From: a virus
Reading direction: 5' to 3' (one strand)
Length of the DNA: 64,000 nucleotides
IMG/VR virus record: IMGVR_UViG_3300042673_001035
Coordinates: 1 to 64,000 of that record
The notes under the pieces: model-generated
What the model was told of the DNA's origin: nothing
Database searches by the model: none
The model's input: the letters and a program-made list of their open reading frames with translations, nothing else
In this document: one piece after another, positions 8,678 through 18,845 of the stretch
Layout of the letters: the number at the start of each line of letters is the position of its first letter
Numbering within the stretch: the stretch's first letter is position 1
Position numbers and translations under genes: made by a program

Positions 8678-11600
8678 ATACTACCACTTATTTGTGCTTC
8701 TAATTTTTCTACTTTTTCTGTTAATTCTTGTATTGCTTTAATTGCAATAGCATGAAATGATGTATAATCTAAATGTTTAAAATCATCATATTTGTAACCC
8801 TTTTTTTCATATATCAATTCGGGCATTATTTGTTGTATATCATCTGCTATAAACCCATATCCTTTTTCAAATTCAAAATTACCAGTTATATGTTGTAACC
8901 AATCATAACTAACTGGATTCAATTTTTTAATAGTTTCTATTCCGTTTAAAATAGTTTTTATATTAGTTTTTGCTCTTATATCTGATGCTGTAACTGAACC
9001 CGCTGCTACTGTTCCTGTCACAGAAATGTTACCAGCAAATACACCAACATTTCCAGCACCAGCTGCATCTCCTAATGCTACATAACTACCTTCTGCAGAA
9101 CCAATTTGTACACCATTTGTTCCAAACTCGGCTCTAGATGCAACCGCTAATAGTGTTGCATTTGCAGTTCTTGCCTCCCATCCAAATGCAATTACATACA
9201 AACTAGCGTTAGAAGTTAATGGAGTGGTTCCATTTGGATTTATTCTAGCTTGAACAACTGTCCCTAAGTAAACTTGTATCCAATAAACTTTACCAGATAC
9301 AGCCGTTCCAATAGATGGTATTGTTACTGTTCCTCCTCCAAACCCAGGTAAATCAACATTACCAAACGGAGAAGTAAAATTGTTCGAAAATTCTAAATTA
9401 GCAACTGTAACATATCCACTTGCAACCGTGGTTCCTACTGAATTTGTTTCTCTAACTACATAAAATATTGATGCATCATATCCATATTGACAACTTGCTC
9501 CGGTTCCCATATTATGACATTGTGCTAATCCTAAGCTTGTTACGGCTGGATATGGTATAACTAATGCTAAATTATTACCATCTACACCAGAGGGGGTTGT
9601 TACAAATGCTTCTACTGTATTTCCTCCGGTTGTTGTCAATGCAGTGAGTGGCCCATACTGAGGTGAGTCATTTCCTTCATTAGATTGGAATTGTGTGCCT
9701 GCACCTGCAACAGTTATGGATACATTTGATGTAGAACCAATATTTACATTACCATTTTTTATTCTTGTTTTAACTATACCACCACTTTTGAAATCAATTC
9801 TATTATTTGCATTATCTATATCAACATTTGTATTAAAAATTGAAGAACTATTAATTGACCACCCACCGATTTTAGCATTTAGACCGGTTAAATCACCAAC
9901 TGTAATCTTATCCGCAGTAACCACACCTGCAGCAATTTTACCAGCAGTAATTGCATTTGCTGCAATTGTTGTTGAAGTTACGGCATCTGCTGCAATTTTA
10001 CCAGCAATAACAGCATCAGCTGCTATTTTGCCTGATGTAACTGCCAATGCATCTAACTTTCCACTAGTTACTGCTAAATCTGCCAATTCTGCGTTTGTTA
10101 CCGAACTTTTTGTGGCCAGACCTCCTAAACCAGTAACATCGGTAGTTGCCGATACACTACTTTTTAATGCCAAAGAACCCAAACCAGTAACATCCGTAGT
10201 TGCCGATACACTACTTTTTAATGCCAAAGAACCCAAACCACTAACTACTGAGTTTGGTACCGTACTACCTACACTTAAATTGCCTTTAATAGTAAGTGTT
10301 GAGCCGTCCCATAACAATGCGTTTCCATTATTACTACCTGTTAAATAAAATAAACCAGTATTATCCATATAGGTTTTCCAGGCCGAACCATTATAAAATC
10401 CCATAATAGTGTTTCCTAAATATAAACCAGAAGTTGTACCAGGAGTTGGCGTTTTTGTAATTCTACCTAATGCATTTGTAAATACTTTATCATCCACTGC
10501 CGATGCTGCATTTGACCCTGATATAACCGCATTTGCTGCTGCATTTGACCCTGATGTAACTGCATTTGTAGCGGCAGTTGAAACATTTGTTGTAGTTGCA
10601 GCATTACCACCCGCTTCAATATTAATTTGTCCAGTAACTGTTAATGTACTATTACCATCCCAAGTTAATTTATTTCCTAATGAAAATTTACCCGTACTAT
10701 CCATATAAACCGTTGTATTGGAATTATTATATGAGCCAGAATCACTTACACCACCAATGAATATTTTTCTTGGGTTTTGTCTTGCATCCAAATAAATAGA
10801 TGGTGTAGTTCCTACTTTGAATAATTCACTAATATATCCTTGTTGTCCTCCTATTGTTGGTGAATATATAAATGTATCACCTATAAATGAACCACTAAAT
10901 TGACCATTTGCTAATTGTTGAACTTTTGATAACGATGATGATAAAATAAATACATTTGAAGAACTTACCGATGAACTCAATGAACTCAACGATGCAGATA
11001 CAGAACCACTAAGTGAACCAACGGAACTACTAGCAGATGAACTATAAACCGTCATTGTTCCACTAATAGAAGATGATACTCTATTTAAATCCGCTAATGA
11101 AGAAGATGCCGATGAACTAATTAATAAAATAGTTCCACCAATATTGGTATTTCCTCCATTAAATGTAGCACTTTGTGTAACAGCTACTGGAACATAATTA
11201 TTATTTACATCATAAAATTCAAATTTGAAATTATAAGTTTCATTACCAATTACCGTTGGCATTGTTGTAACAAAAGAAACTTCATCCGGTGAAAATGCAG
11301 TATCTTCTGATAATCGTAAACTAATATTTCCTAAATGCCACTCTCCCTGTGATTGTGAAAAATACAAAGATGCGGATGGATAATCTCTATCTATTCTAAA
11401 TGGTATTACTGTATCTAATAAATTTTTAGTAGGTGTGGTACCGACTAATGTTGCAATACTACTTGAAATATAAAAAGATACGGAACCTGATACTCCTGGT
11501 GATATCTCTTGAATGGATGATGTTAATTGAGTTAAATAAATTCCTAAATTACTTGAAGTAGATGATGAATAAAATGCATCCAAATTTAATTCGTAAGTAT

Positions 11601-12525
11601 TTGAACTTTTTATATCTAAAGATTGTGTATATGTGAAATATCCACTACCTGTTAATCTAACACCACTTTCAACTCTACTAGATGTAATGAATGTATTTAA
11701 CGAACCTGTATTCCAATTATTTTTAAGTGTTTCCGATGTTAATATTCCAGTCTGTCCTACTACACTTCCTGACAAACCATATGATGTTAATAATTCTTTT
11801 GACTCAACTAATATGTCTTGTATTAAATCAAAATCGGAAATGTCACCTTCGGAAGTTCTAAATACTTTTACTCTTTTAACATCACCTGCAAATGTTTCTA
11901 ATTTTGAAAGTTTAATATTAGCAAAAGATTGATTTATTCCTGAATCTACTTTTGACCCACTTTCAATTCTATATATTGGACTTAATATTTCAGTAATAGT
12001 TGCAACAGGTCTTTGGTAAAATCTAATCTTTGTAGTATTAGCTAATGCCGGATTTACATTTATAGTTTTTGTCCACTTAACATTGTATTTATTTTCCCAA
12101 TCTAAAGGAACGGGAAGTGTAATACCATTTGTATCTTGATACTCACTTAACTCACCTAATATAGTAAGTGTACATGGGCCGTATGCTGTATCCGGATAAA
12201 CATAGACTGCAACAACTTTTGAAACACCCTCATAATATTCCGTAATTATTGATGTATTAGTAGAACCACTTATATTGGTATTAATCATACCCTCACCTGG
12301 TTCGTGATAAATTATATTACCAGCTGAATCTTTTAATTCAATTTGTATTTTAGTATCAGGAACTAAAAAGTCAGAACCTGCAATTAGGAATGCATTCTTT
12401 CCACCCGTAAATGTGCCAGGTAATTCTGTTATTTTAAAATACTTACTATCGGATTGAGTATCATCTACTAATACTGCAAACTTTTCTAAATTCTTTGGAA
12501 ATAGTGTTTTCTTTATAACAGCCAT
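8674..12525 (-). CDS. Tail fibre/spike protein with C-terminal peptidase S74 intramolecular chaperone
   Basis: SDIRAKTNI...LNPVSYDW...YGFIADDI...LDY...AIQEL; Ser-rich shaft; 10-aa AVTxGKIAAD repeats. Confidence 0.85.
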   Translation of the reverse strand: MAVIKKTLFPKNLEKFAVLVDDTQSDSKYFKITELPGTFTGGKNAFLIAGSDFLVPDTKIQIELKDSAGNIIYHEPGEGMINTNISGSTNTSIITEYYEGVSKVVAVYVYPDTAYGPCTLTILGELSEYQDTNGITLPVPLDWENKYNVKWTKTINVNPALANTTKIRFYQRPVATITEILSPIYRIESGSKVDSGINQSFANIKLSKLETFAGDVKRVKVFRTSEGDISDFDLIQDILVESKELLTSYGLSGSVVGQTGILTSETLKNNWNTGSLNTFITSSRVESGVRLTGSGYFTYTQSLDIKSSNTYELNLDAFYSSSTSSNLGIYLTQLTSSIQEISPGVSGSVSFYISSSIATLVGTTPTKNLLDTVIPFRIDRDYPSASLYFSQSQGEWHLGNISLRLSEDTAFSPDEVSFVTTMPTVIGNETYNFKFEFYDVNNNYVPVAVTQSATFNGGNTNIGGTILLISSSASSSLADLNRVSSSISGTMTVYSSSASSSVGSLSGSVSASLSSLSSSVSSSNVFILSSSLSKVQQLANGQFSGSFIGDTFIYSPTIGGQQGYISELFKVGTTPSIYLDARQNPRKIFIGGVSDSGSYNNSNTTVYMDSTGKFSLGNKLTWDGNSTLTVTGQINIEAGGNAATTTNVSTAATNAVTSGSNAAANAVISGSNAASAVDDKVFTNALGRITKTPTPGTTSGLYLGNTIMGFYNGSAWKTYMDNTGLFYLTGSNNGNALLWDGSTLTIKGNLSVGSTVPNSVVSGLGSLALKSSVSATTDVTGLGSLALKSSVSATTDVTGLGGLATKSSVTNAELADLAVTSGKLDALAVTSGKIAADAVIAGKIAADAVTSTTIAANAITAGKIAAGVVTADKITVGDLTGLNAKIGGWSINSSSIFNTNVDIDNANNRIDFKSGGIVKTRIKNGNVNIGSTSNVSITVAGAGTQFQSNEGNDSPQYGPLTALTTTGGNTVEAFVTTPSGVDGNNLALVIPYPAVTSLGLAQCHNMGTGASCQYGYDASIFYVVRETNSVGTTVASGYVTVANLEFSNNFTSPFGNVDLPGFGGGTVTIPSIGTAVSGKVYWIQVYLGTVVQARINPNGTTPLTSNASLYVIAFGWEARTANATLLAVASRAEFGTNGVQIGSAEGSYVALGDAAGAGNVGVFAGNISVTGTVAAGSVTASDIRAKTNIKTILNGIETIKKLNPVSYDWLQHITGNFEFEKGYGFIADDIQQIMPELIYEKKGYKYDDFKHLDYTSFHAIAIKAIQELTEKVEKLEAQISGSI
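10127..10240. repeat. 54-bp tandem repeat inside tail fibre (GLGSLALKSSVSATTDVT)
   Basis: Units start at 10127 and 10181 and differ by one base. Confidence 0.9.
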
Positions 12526-12539
12526 TTAATCTTTTTTAA

Positions 12540-12576
12540 ATAAATATCTCCAAAAAAAGAATTATATCATATTTAT
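12540..12576. promoter_or_regulatory. Back-to-back ATATTTAT putative late promoters (minus 12540-12547, plus 12569-12576)
   Basis: Same octamer lies in sense orientation upstream of both divergent genes. Confidence 0.55.
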
Positions 12577-12580
12577 ATAA

Positions 12581-12620
12581 AGAAAACTAATAAAGTCTTT
12601 AAAAAACTAAAGAAAACTAA
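12581..12620 (+). promoter_or_regulatory. Putative operator: three phased A(G/A)AAAACTAA direct repeats
   Basis: Copies at 12581, 12601 and 12611, between the promoter motif and the RHH-like gene. Confidence 0.5.
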
Positions 12621-12627
12621 ATAAGTT

Positions 12628-12813
12628 ATGAAGTACGCAATGTTACAAATCAAAAAAGAAACCCATGAACTTCTCAAAGAATATTGTGAAGAACACGGGT
12701 TTAAAATGGGTAGTCTAGTTGAAAATCTAATTAAGAAACACATTGGTGTCTCAAAACCACAATCAAGTGTGTTGAAGGCTGATAAGGTAGTTCTTAGAAA
12801 TCAATCTTACTAA
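12628..12813 (+). CDS. Small ribbon-helix-helix-like DNA-binding protein
   Basis: MKYAMLQIKKETHELLKEYCEEHGFKMGSLVENLIKKH fits a beta-alpha-alpha pattern; the only credible plus-strand gene. Confidence 0.65.
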   Translation: MKYAMLQIKKETHELLKEYCEEHGFKMGSLVENLIKKHIGVSKPQSSVLKADKVVLRNQSY

Positions 12814-15800
12814 ATCCATTCTCTTTTTTTATTTCAATTAATCCGTCTACGATATCTCTCATTTGTTCTAAGTGAGAAATCATCCATATAAAATCAAATT
12901 GTGTTTTAAGATATTGCATCATCATAAATAAAGATGATAAATTGTCTGCATCCAATGTTCCAAATCCTTCGTCTACTACTAAAAAATTCGGACGAGGTAA
13001 GTTACATACATTAATAAGTGCAACTCTAATAGCAAGGCCACTCACAAACTTCTCCATACCACTACACATCTCCAAAGGCCATTCTTGGTCTTCGTAAACA
13101 ATCTTTGCATTGATTGACTTGCCGTCCATTTCCATTGTAACACCAAAGTCTACAACTTGTGCAAGAATGTTATTGATTTCATTTTCAATTACCGGAAGTG
13201 CTTTACTAATCAACTCATATGGAATACCATCTCTCTTTACAGCATCTAAATAATAGGTGTATAATCGGTTCTTTTCCTCTAAGTCCTTAACATCACTCAT
13301 CTTTTGTTTTATACCCTCTATATAGGTCTGTAATGATGAAATAGAACCATTTGTAGTTGCTATTTGTTTACTGATATCTTTAATGTCCGATTCAATTTTC
13401 TTTTTCTCTACTTCTAATTCTTTGATTTGTTTTTCTAACTCTTTATTACTTTGAATTGTTTCTTCGTTCTCAAAATATCTTTCAATATCTTCTTCTACTT
13501 TGTCCAATTGGGTTTCTAATAGTTCTTCTCTTGTAACCAATCCACTAAATTCTAAATAATAATTTTTATGAGTTGCTTTGGCTTTTTCTAATTTATTTTT
13601 TAAGTCGTTCCACTCATTATATTGTTCTTCTATACCTTCCCATGTATCCAAAGTTTGTTGGATACCTGTACAATCAACCATTGCTTCTCTAACTATTTCT
13701 TTTAATTGAGGCAATGATTCCTTTACTCTCATTGCATCTTTTACAAAGGTATTATCACAACAAAACTTACAATTGGGGTCATATTCATGTTTATCCAAAT
13801 GTGAAATCTTTTCTTCGGCTGAGGATAAATGTCTTTTTGCAATATCATAAACTCTTGTAGCTTCAATTAACGCATTTTGTTCTCTTTGATAATTAGAATA
13901 TACAACTTCTATATCGATACCATTAAATTGTTGTTTAGTTGTAATTGTATCCGTTAACTCAACCATTTTTTCGGTAATAGTAGTAATATTTGTGGTTTTA
14001 TTCTGCATAATATCTTTATTTGTATCAATATCACCTTTTAATTTTTCTCTACGTTCATTCAAATCATCAATATTCAAATTACCATCAATCGGAGTAAGGT
14101 TTCTACTCAAATCTAATATAACACTATCTAATCCACCCTTATCACCATTCAATCTATTCAATTCTTTCTCAAACTCTTTCAACTCACCCTTATTATCTTT
14201 CAACTCATTTGCTTTATCAGCTAGTTCGGTTGTAAAGTCGGTTTTCTTAAAATTTTTGATAAGAACCGAAACTTCTTTGATATCTTCCGTAGCAGTTTCG
14301 TATAATTTATCAAATACATTTAATCCCATAAATTGAGCAAGTAAATCTTTTCTCTCACTTTGTGACTTATCAATGAATATAGAGTTATTACCTTGCAACG
14401 ATAAAGAAGTCAATACAAAATCTTCGTACTTACCAACATATTGTTCAATTACTTGATTGGTATCTCTTCTCTCTGTTCCATTTAAAGATATCTTCTCACC
14501 ACCATCATCATACCAAAAGTTTACATCTACCTTTACATTTTTACCTTTGTTAATTGTTTTAGCAGTTCTTTCAATGTAATAATCTACTCCATTTACTTGA
14601 AAATGTAAATAACATCTAAAATCAGTCTTACGATTGTTTAAGATATTAGCTGCTTTGAATGCTCTACTACTTTTATCATAAAGACAAAATGAAATAGCAT
14701 CAAAGATAGATGACTTACCTTGTGCGTTTGGTGCAAATAGTCCCATCAATCCATTTAACTTACTAAAATCAATTTTGTTATCTTCACCATATGAAAACAT
14801 ATTAGAAAACTCAAATCTAATCGGTTTCCATTGTATGTTTCTTAAAGTATCCTCGTGTACAATTCTACTATTTACGTCTCTGTTAATATTTTCCAATTCT
14901 GCTAAATCTTTCTTATCAACAAATGGCATCATTCTTTCTACATACTCATTGATTAAAGAGTTTTGATAATTGATATCGGAAATATCTTCAAAATCTAATT
15001 TATTTTGTCTATCTCCTGTTTTCTTCTTTGATAATGAGTCCGTTCTAATAATTGTAAAGTCCTCAACACCATATTTCATTTTGATTTCTGCAATTACCTT
15101 TTTAGTATCGGCAGTATCGGTGTTTGACAATCTTACTCTTAAACGAGGATGCTTTGGCATATCATTTACAACTGGAACTTTACCATTGTCGATATCCATT
15201 GTATAATAACCATAATCATTTTGAATATCAATTTCTTCGTAAGTCATAGTGTCCAAATCCCATGCTAAAAAACCATGTCTACCCAATGTTTCACCAAAGT
15301 TTTGTTGAACCAATGAACCTGCATAAACTACCTTACAACCTTTTGGACTTATCATTTCTTGACGTTTATGAATATCACCTAAAAGTGCTAAATCAAAACC
15401 ATCAAATATATCCGTTGTAAAATGCCTACTACTCACCACATAACCTATATCAGTTTGTGAATTATCAACAGGCCCGTGGAATAATGCAATCTTTTTATTA
15501 CCTGTTAGTTTATCAGCACTAATCCAATTGTCTTTGTTATCTAAAATTGAAAATACTGAAAAATCAATACCACCAATTGAAAACACTTGTGTATCTCTTA
15601 AATAATAAAAGTCTTTTAATTCTAATGCATCAACCAATGGAGTAAGAACATCCATTCTATCCATATTGTTCATATTACAATCGTGATTTCCGGTAATAAG
15701 AATTGTAGGACAAGTTTTAGCACACTCTTTGAATAACCAACTTATTTCGTTGACTAATTCTGGTGACATTTCTAATTTAGCGTGTGCAATATCACCTGCT

Positions 15801-15937
15801 AAATATATAATTGCGTCTTTGGTTCCTCTTTTACGGATTTCCTCAAACATCAATTCAAATACCTGTCTATACTCTTTGTGTCTTTTCACATTACGGATAT
15901 GAACATCCGCTATATGATAAATTTTCTTTAAACTCAT
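12794..15937 (-). CDS. Fused Mre11/SbcD nuclease - Rad50/SbcC ATPase (T4 gp47-gp46-like)
   Basis: ADVH, GD, GNHD, GDIH phosphoesterase motifs; Walker A APNAQGKSS; coiled coil with CKFC hook; CSGME signature; VVDEGFG Walker B; ISH. Confidence 0.92.
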   Translation of the reverse strand: MSLKKIYHIADVHIRNVKRHKEYRQVFELMFEEIRKRGTKDAIIYLAGDIAHAKLEMSPELVNEISWLFKECAKTCPTILITGNHDCNMNNMDRMDVLTPLVDALELKDFYYLRDTQVFSIGGIDFSVFSILDNKDNWISADKLTGNKKIALFHGPVDNSQTDIGYVVSSRHFTTDIFDGFDLALLGDIHKRQEMISPKGCKVVYAGSLVQQNFGETLGRHGFLAWDLDTMTYEEIDIQNDYGYYTMDIDNGKVPVVNDMPKHPRLRVRLSNTDTADTKKVIAEIKMKYGVEDFTIIRTDSLSKKKTGDRQNKLDFEDISDINYQNSLINEYVERMMPFVDKKDLAELENINRDVNSRIVHEDTLRNIQWKPIRFEFSNMFSYGEDNKIDFSKLNGLMGLFAPNAQGKSSIFDAISFCLYDKSSRAFKAANILNNRKTDFRCYLHFQVNGVDYYIERTAKTINKGKNVKVDVNFWYDDGGEKISLNGTERRDTNQVIEQYVGKYEDFVLTSLSLQGNNSIFIDKSQSERKDLLAQFMGLNVFDKLYETATEDIKEVSVLIKNFKKTDFTTELADKANELKDNKGELKEFEKELNRLNGDKGGLDSVILDLSRNLTPIDGNLNIDDLNERREKLKGDIDTNKDIMQNKTTNITTITEKMVELTDTITTKQQFNGIDIEVVYSNYQREQNALIEATRVYDIAKRHLSSAEEKISHLDKHEYDPNCKFCCDNTFVKDAMRVKESLPQLKEIVREAMVDCTGIQQTLDTWEGIEEQYNEWNDLKNKLEKAKATHKNYYLEFSGLVTREELLETQLDKVEEDIERYFENEETIQSNKELEKQIKELEVEKKKIESDIKDISKQIATTNGSISSLQTYIEGIKQKMSDVKDLEEKNRLYTYYLDAVKRDGIPYELISKALPVIENEINNILAQVVDFGVTMEMDGKSINAKIVYEDQEWPLEMCSGMEKFVSGLAIRVALINVCNLPRPNFLVVDEGFGTLDADNLSSLFMMMQYLKTQFDFIWMISHLEQMRDIVDGLIEIKKENGFSKIDF

Positions 15938-16875
15938 AATGAATTTATTTTGTTCAATAATAATTCTTCGGGAGAAAACTCTTTAGCTTCCTTTAACTCT
16001 TCGTAGAATTTTTCATACCCCATATCGGCGGCATCTTTATCTTTAAGATACATCATTTTTACATGAATACCTTGTTTTCTAAAATATTCGGCAGCTTTAA
16101 GTGCCTCATTAATTGCATCACTATCCAATGAAATAATAATGTCAGTAATTCCACTCATAAAGATTTTCTCTACCAATGTTTTGGATGGAAATTTACCTAA
16201 TAATGGAATTGCATTTCTTTTAATTGTGATTGCATCAAATACACCTTCACATAGTATAATCGGTTCGTTCCAATTGACTTGAGAATCAAAACATATTACA
16301 TTTTTACTGATTGGAGGATTTTTGTATTTCATTTTGTTGTCCGGATAATACGAACGAGAAACAAAGTAATTCAATGACCCATCGGAATTGTATGATGGTA
16401 TAATTACTCTTTGTCCATATAATCCTTCTTTACAATATCCTATGTTATATTTGATTATATCTTTTTCGGTAATACCTCTTTGAGTAAGGTAATGGATTGC
16501 GTGTTTATATTCTGGATTAAACCCCTTTGGAGTCTCACTAAGTGATATAAATTCTTTTGGTAAGGAAATAAACACCTTTGTATCGGCGTCCTCTAATTGT
16601 GGGTTATAATTACTATCTCCGTAGATTTCTCTAATAACTGAAATAACCTTTCTATCGACATCTAACTTTTTTAATAATGAGGTTAATTTCTTACCACCAC
16701 TATTACAAGTCCAACAATGCCACTTTTGAGTTTCTGTATTAACTTGTAGTTTTGGTTTGTGATGATTACAAAACGGACAGTAAAATGCCAACTCATTCCC
16801 TTTAAGAGTGAGATGACTACCTAACACACCGGTTAGAGTAGATACGACTATATTCTTATCATTTTGCTTCAACAC
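15934..16875 (-). CDS. DNA primase (Zn finger + TOPRIM)
   Basis: CPFCNHH...CWTC; KYKNP; CEGVFDA; DSD. Confidence 0.9.
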   Translation of the reverse strand: MLKQNDKNIVVSTLTGVLGSHLTLKGNELAFYCPFCNHHKPKLQVNTETQKWHCWTCNSGGKKLTSLLKKLDVDRKVISVIREIYGDSNYNPQLEDADTKVFISLPKEFISLSETPKGFNPEYKHAIHYLTQRGITEKDIIKYNIGYCKEGLYGQRVIIPSYNSDGSLNYFVSRSYYPDNKMKYKNPPISKNVICFDSQVNWNEPIILCEGVFDAITIKRNAIPLLGKFPSKTLVEKIFMSGITDIIISLDSDAINEALKAAEYFRKQGIHVKMMYLKDKDAADMGYEKFYEELKEAKEFSPEELLLNKINSL

Positions 16876-16879
16876 GACT

Positions 16880-16912
16880 TAAATATACGATAAATATTTG
16901 ATATTACCAAAT
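16880..16912 (-). promoter_or_regulatory. Bacteroidota-type sigma-A-like promoter (primase)
   Basis: ATTTGGTAATATCAAATATTTATCGTATATTTA, a few nt upstream of the GTG start. Confidence 0.65.
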
Positions 16913-16915
16913 AAT

Positions 16916-17341
16916 TTATGGTCTATTTTCCTCTAAAAACCACTCTTCTGGGATTAATTTGTCGGAATACTTAAATCCGTTCTTTTCACACCACATGCCG
17001 TATGTAGTTTTGGAGTTTTTGCTGATTTTGTTCTTTGAATTGGAAAATACGAAACGAATATCCAAATTAGGGTTTTGTTCCTTTACTAATTGGTGTTTCT
17101 TACGGTCTGCTGCAACAAATCTACCTTTAGTCTCCACTCTAATACCATTGGGTAGTTTGAAATCAGGATGGTAGTTATGTTCGGAGGCAGGTATAATATA
17201 TGCAACCTTTTCGGTTTCATATTCTACGACCATTCCTCTACTTTCTATTTGAGATGATATGGATTCCTCTAAACCAGACTTAAATCCATATTTTTTAGCA
17301 ACCCATTTTGGATTGTTCTTTTTTGTAACTTTTTTAGCCAT
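16916..17341 (-). CDS. T7 endonuclease I-like Holliday junction resolvase
   Basis: GFKSGLE, YHPDFKLPNGI.VETKG, DIRFVF, TTYGMWCEKNGF. Confidence 0.9.
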   Translation of the reverse strand: MAKKVTKKNNPKWVAKKYGFKSGLEESISSQIESRGMVVEYETEKVAYIIPASEHNYHPDFKLPNGIRVETKGRFVAADRKKHQLVKEQNPNLDIRFVFSNSKNKISKNSKTTYGMWCEKNGFKYSDKLIPEEWFLEENRP

Positions 17342-17346
17342 TAAAA

Positions 17347-17568
17347 TTATTTATTTTTCAACGATGCAACTATAGCTGAGTATTTTCTCTCATTTACATC
17401 TCCGTTTCTACCAACTTTTAATTTAGCAGCATCTAATACTTTCTCATCTGCTTTTTGGAAATCGTTTGTAGTATATGGGGTTTTTGCATTTTCATATGCA
17501 GCTTTAGAAATTTTATCAACTCCTAACTCTTTCTGACCTGCATTGTATAAATCTAATATTTTAGACAT
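17347..17568 (-). CDS. Hypothetical late protein
   Basis: 73 aa; ATATTTAT motif upstream at 17586-17593. Confidence 0.65.
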   Translation of the reverse strand: MSKILDLYNAGQKELGVDKISKAAYENAKTPYTTNDFQKADEKVLDAAKLKVGRNGDVNERKYSAIVASLKNK

Positions 17569-17596
17569 AATAATTGTTTTTACTTATAAATATATG

Positions 17597-18772
17597 TTAT
17601 GTATCAAAACGGATAATAAAGTTTACTGGAATATCTGGTTCGGACTTAATTGGTTGTGGAAGTTTTGCTACTGCAACTAAATCACAATTATCATCATATA
17701 GTCCAATAGTTGTAATAAATGGTGTTAAAAATGAACCCGTTGAATCTACTGACCCACTTAAATCATAATGTTCAAATCCACCCGAAATCGATGAAGTATA
17801 TTGTGAGGGTATTCTATAATCCAATATATTACCATTTTCTAATACTGTTTTCTTTTTGATATAACTTACTCCAGGATTTGTAATAACGCTCATAGTTTTA
17901 CCATCAGAAGTTATGTACCTCTCCGTTTCTCTACCAATTTCAACTACCGCAGATGGATTTTGTGAAACATTGAATTCGTCCTCATTTACTATTAAAAGAT
18001 ATTCATGTTCATATACCGTTTCAGTTGATTTATAATATAAATTAAAACTTGAGGTATTAAAGTTTTCAACTTCCGTTAATACAATAAGTCCTTGTGCATA
18101 AAATACATTACCCAACTGATTTATAATACCATTTAAAAACGGAATTTCATCTACTTCCAGTATATCATTTTCGAAATCTATTTTTATTAATTGTAATGTA
18201 TATGATATGGAATTATATTCAACCACCAATATATTTGTTTCTAAATTTAATTGAGTTATTTTGAAAGAAATTAAAACATTGGTCAAATCTTGTATTGTTA
18301 TTTGTTCATTATCAAAATTTACAATTTCTAATTCAACATCAATTATATTGCCTGACAAATTACCAAAACTATCATCTAAATATGTAGTTGTATCATCTGT
18401 TAATATAACCGAACCTCTTTTTATTCCTTCACCAACACATTTTTCTGGAATTGATATAACTATTGCACTACCACTTAAATATCTTTCTTTTGCTTTGGTA
18501 AATATAGTAAACCCACTAGTTTTTATACCATATCGTTGAATTGGGTTATCTTCTCTACCATTATAAAATGTAGATTTTATTTGACCATATACAGAGTGTT
18601 TATTATAAGTAGAACCACTTAAATGACCTGTACTTATATTAAACATTTGTGTGTCCGAATAGATACCTTCTTCTGCAATTAAAACAGAAGCTTCCGATGT
18701 AACTTCATCCCACTCTTTGTATGCCTTAAATGGCCTTATACTAATATCCGACTTTGGTATTCTTTTTAACAT
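17597..18772 (-). CDS. Virion structural protein (baseplate/tail-collar-like C-terminus); start revised to 18772
   Basis: C-terminal ITTIGLYDD...LVAVAKL..PI is shared with the upstream paralog. A terminator and promoter lie between 18826 and 18772. Confidence 0.65.
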   Translation of the reverse strand: MLKRIPKSDISIRPFKAYKEWDEVTSEASVLIAEEGIYSDTQMFNISTGHLSGSTYNKHSVYGQIKSTFYNGREDNPIQRYGIKTSGFTIFTKAKERYLSGSAIVISIPEKCVGEGIKRGSVILTDDTTTYLDDSFGNLSGNIIDVELEIVNFDNEQITIQDLTNVLISFKITQLNLETNILVVEYNSISYTLQLIKIDFENDILEVDEIPFLNGIINQLGNVFYAQGLIVLTEVENFNTSSFNLYYKSTETVYEHEYLLIVNEDEFNVSQNPSAVVEIGRETERYITSDGKTMSVITNPGVSYIKKKTVLENGNILDYRIPSQYTSSISGGFEHYDLSGSVDSTGSFLTPFITTIGLYDDNCDLVAVAKLPQPIKSEPDIPVNFIIRFDT

Positions 18773-18795
18773 ATCGTATATAAATATTCTTTTAA

Positions 18796-18821
18796 TGAAA
18801 AACCCCCAAAACAGGGGGTTT
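18796..18821 (-). terminator. Intrinsic terminator
   Basis: AAACCCCC-TGTTTT-GGGGGTTT followed by TTCA. Confidence 0.75.
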
Positions 18822-18845
18822 AACATTATTTAATATATTCTCCGA

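Noticed and set aside
8674-12525. Diversity-generating retroelement acting on the tail fibre
   Set aside because: No reverse transcriptase and no adenine-variant template/variable repeat pair was seen in this window.
18773-18826. N-terminal extension MLNPLFWGFF... of the 409-aa ORF
   Set aside because: It runs through a terminator hairpin and a promoter motif; ATG 18772 is preferred.
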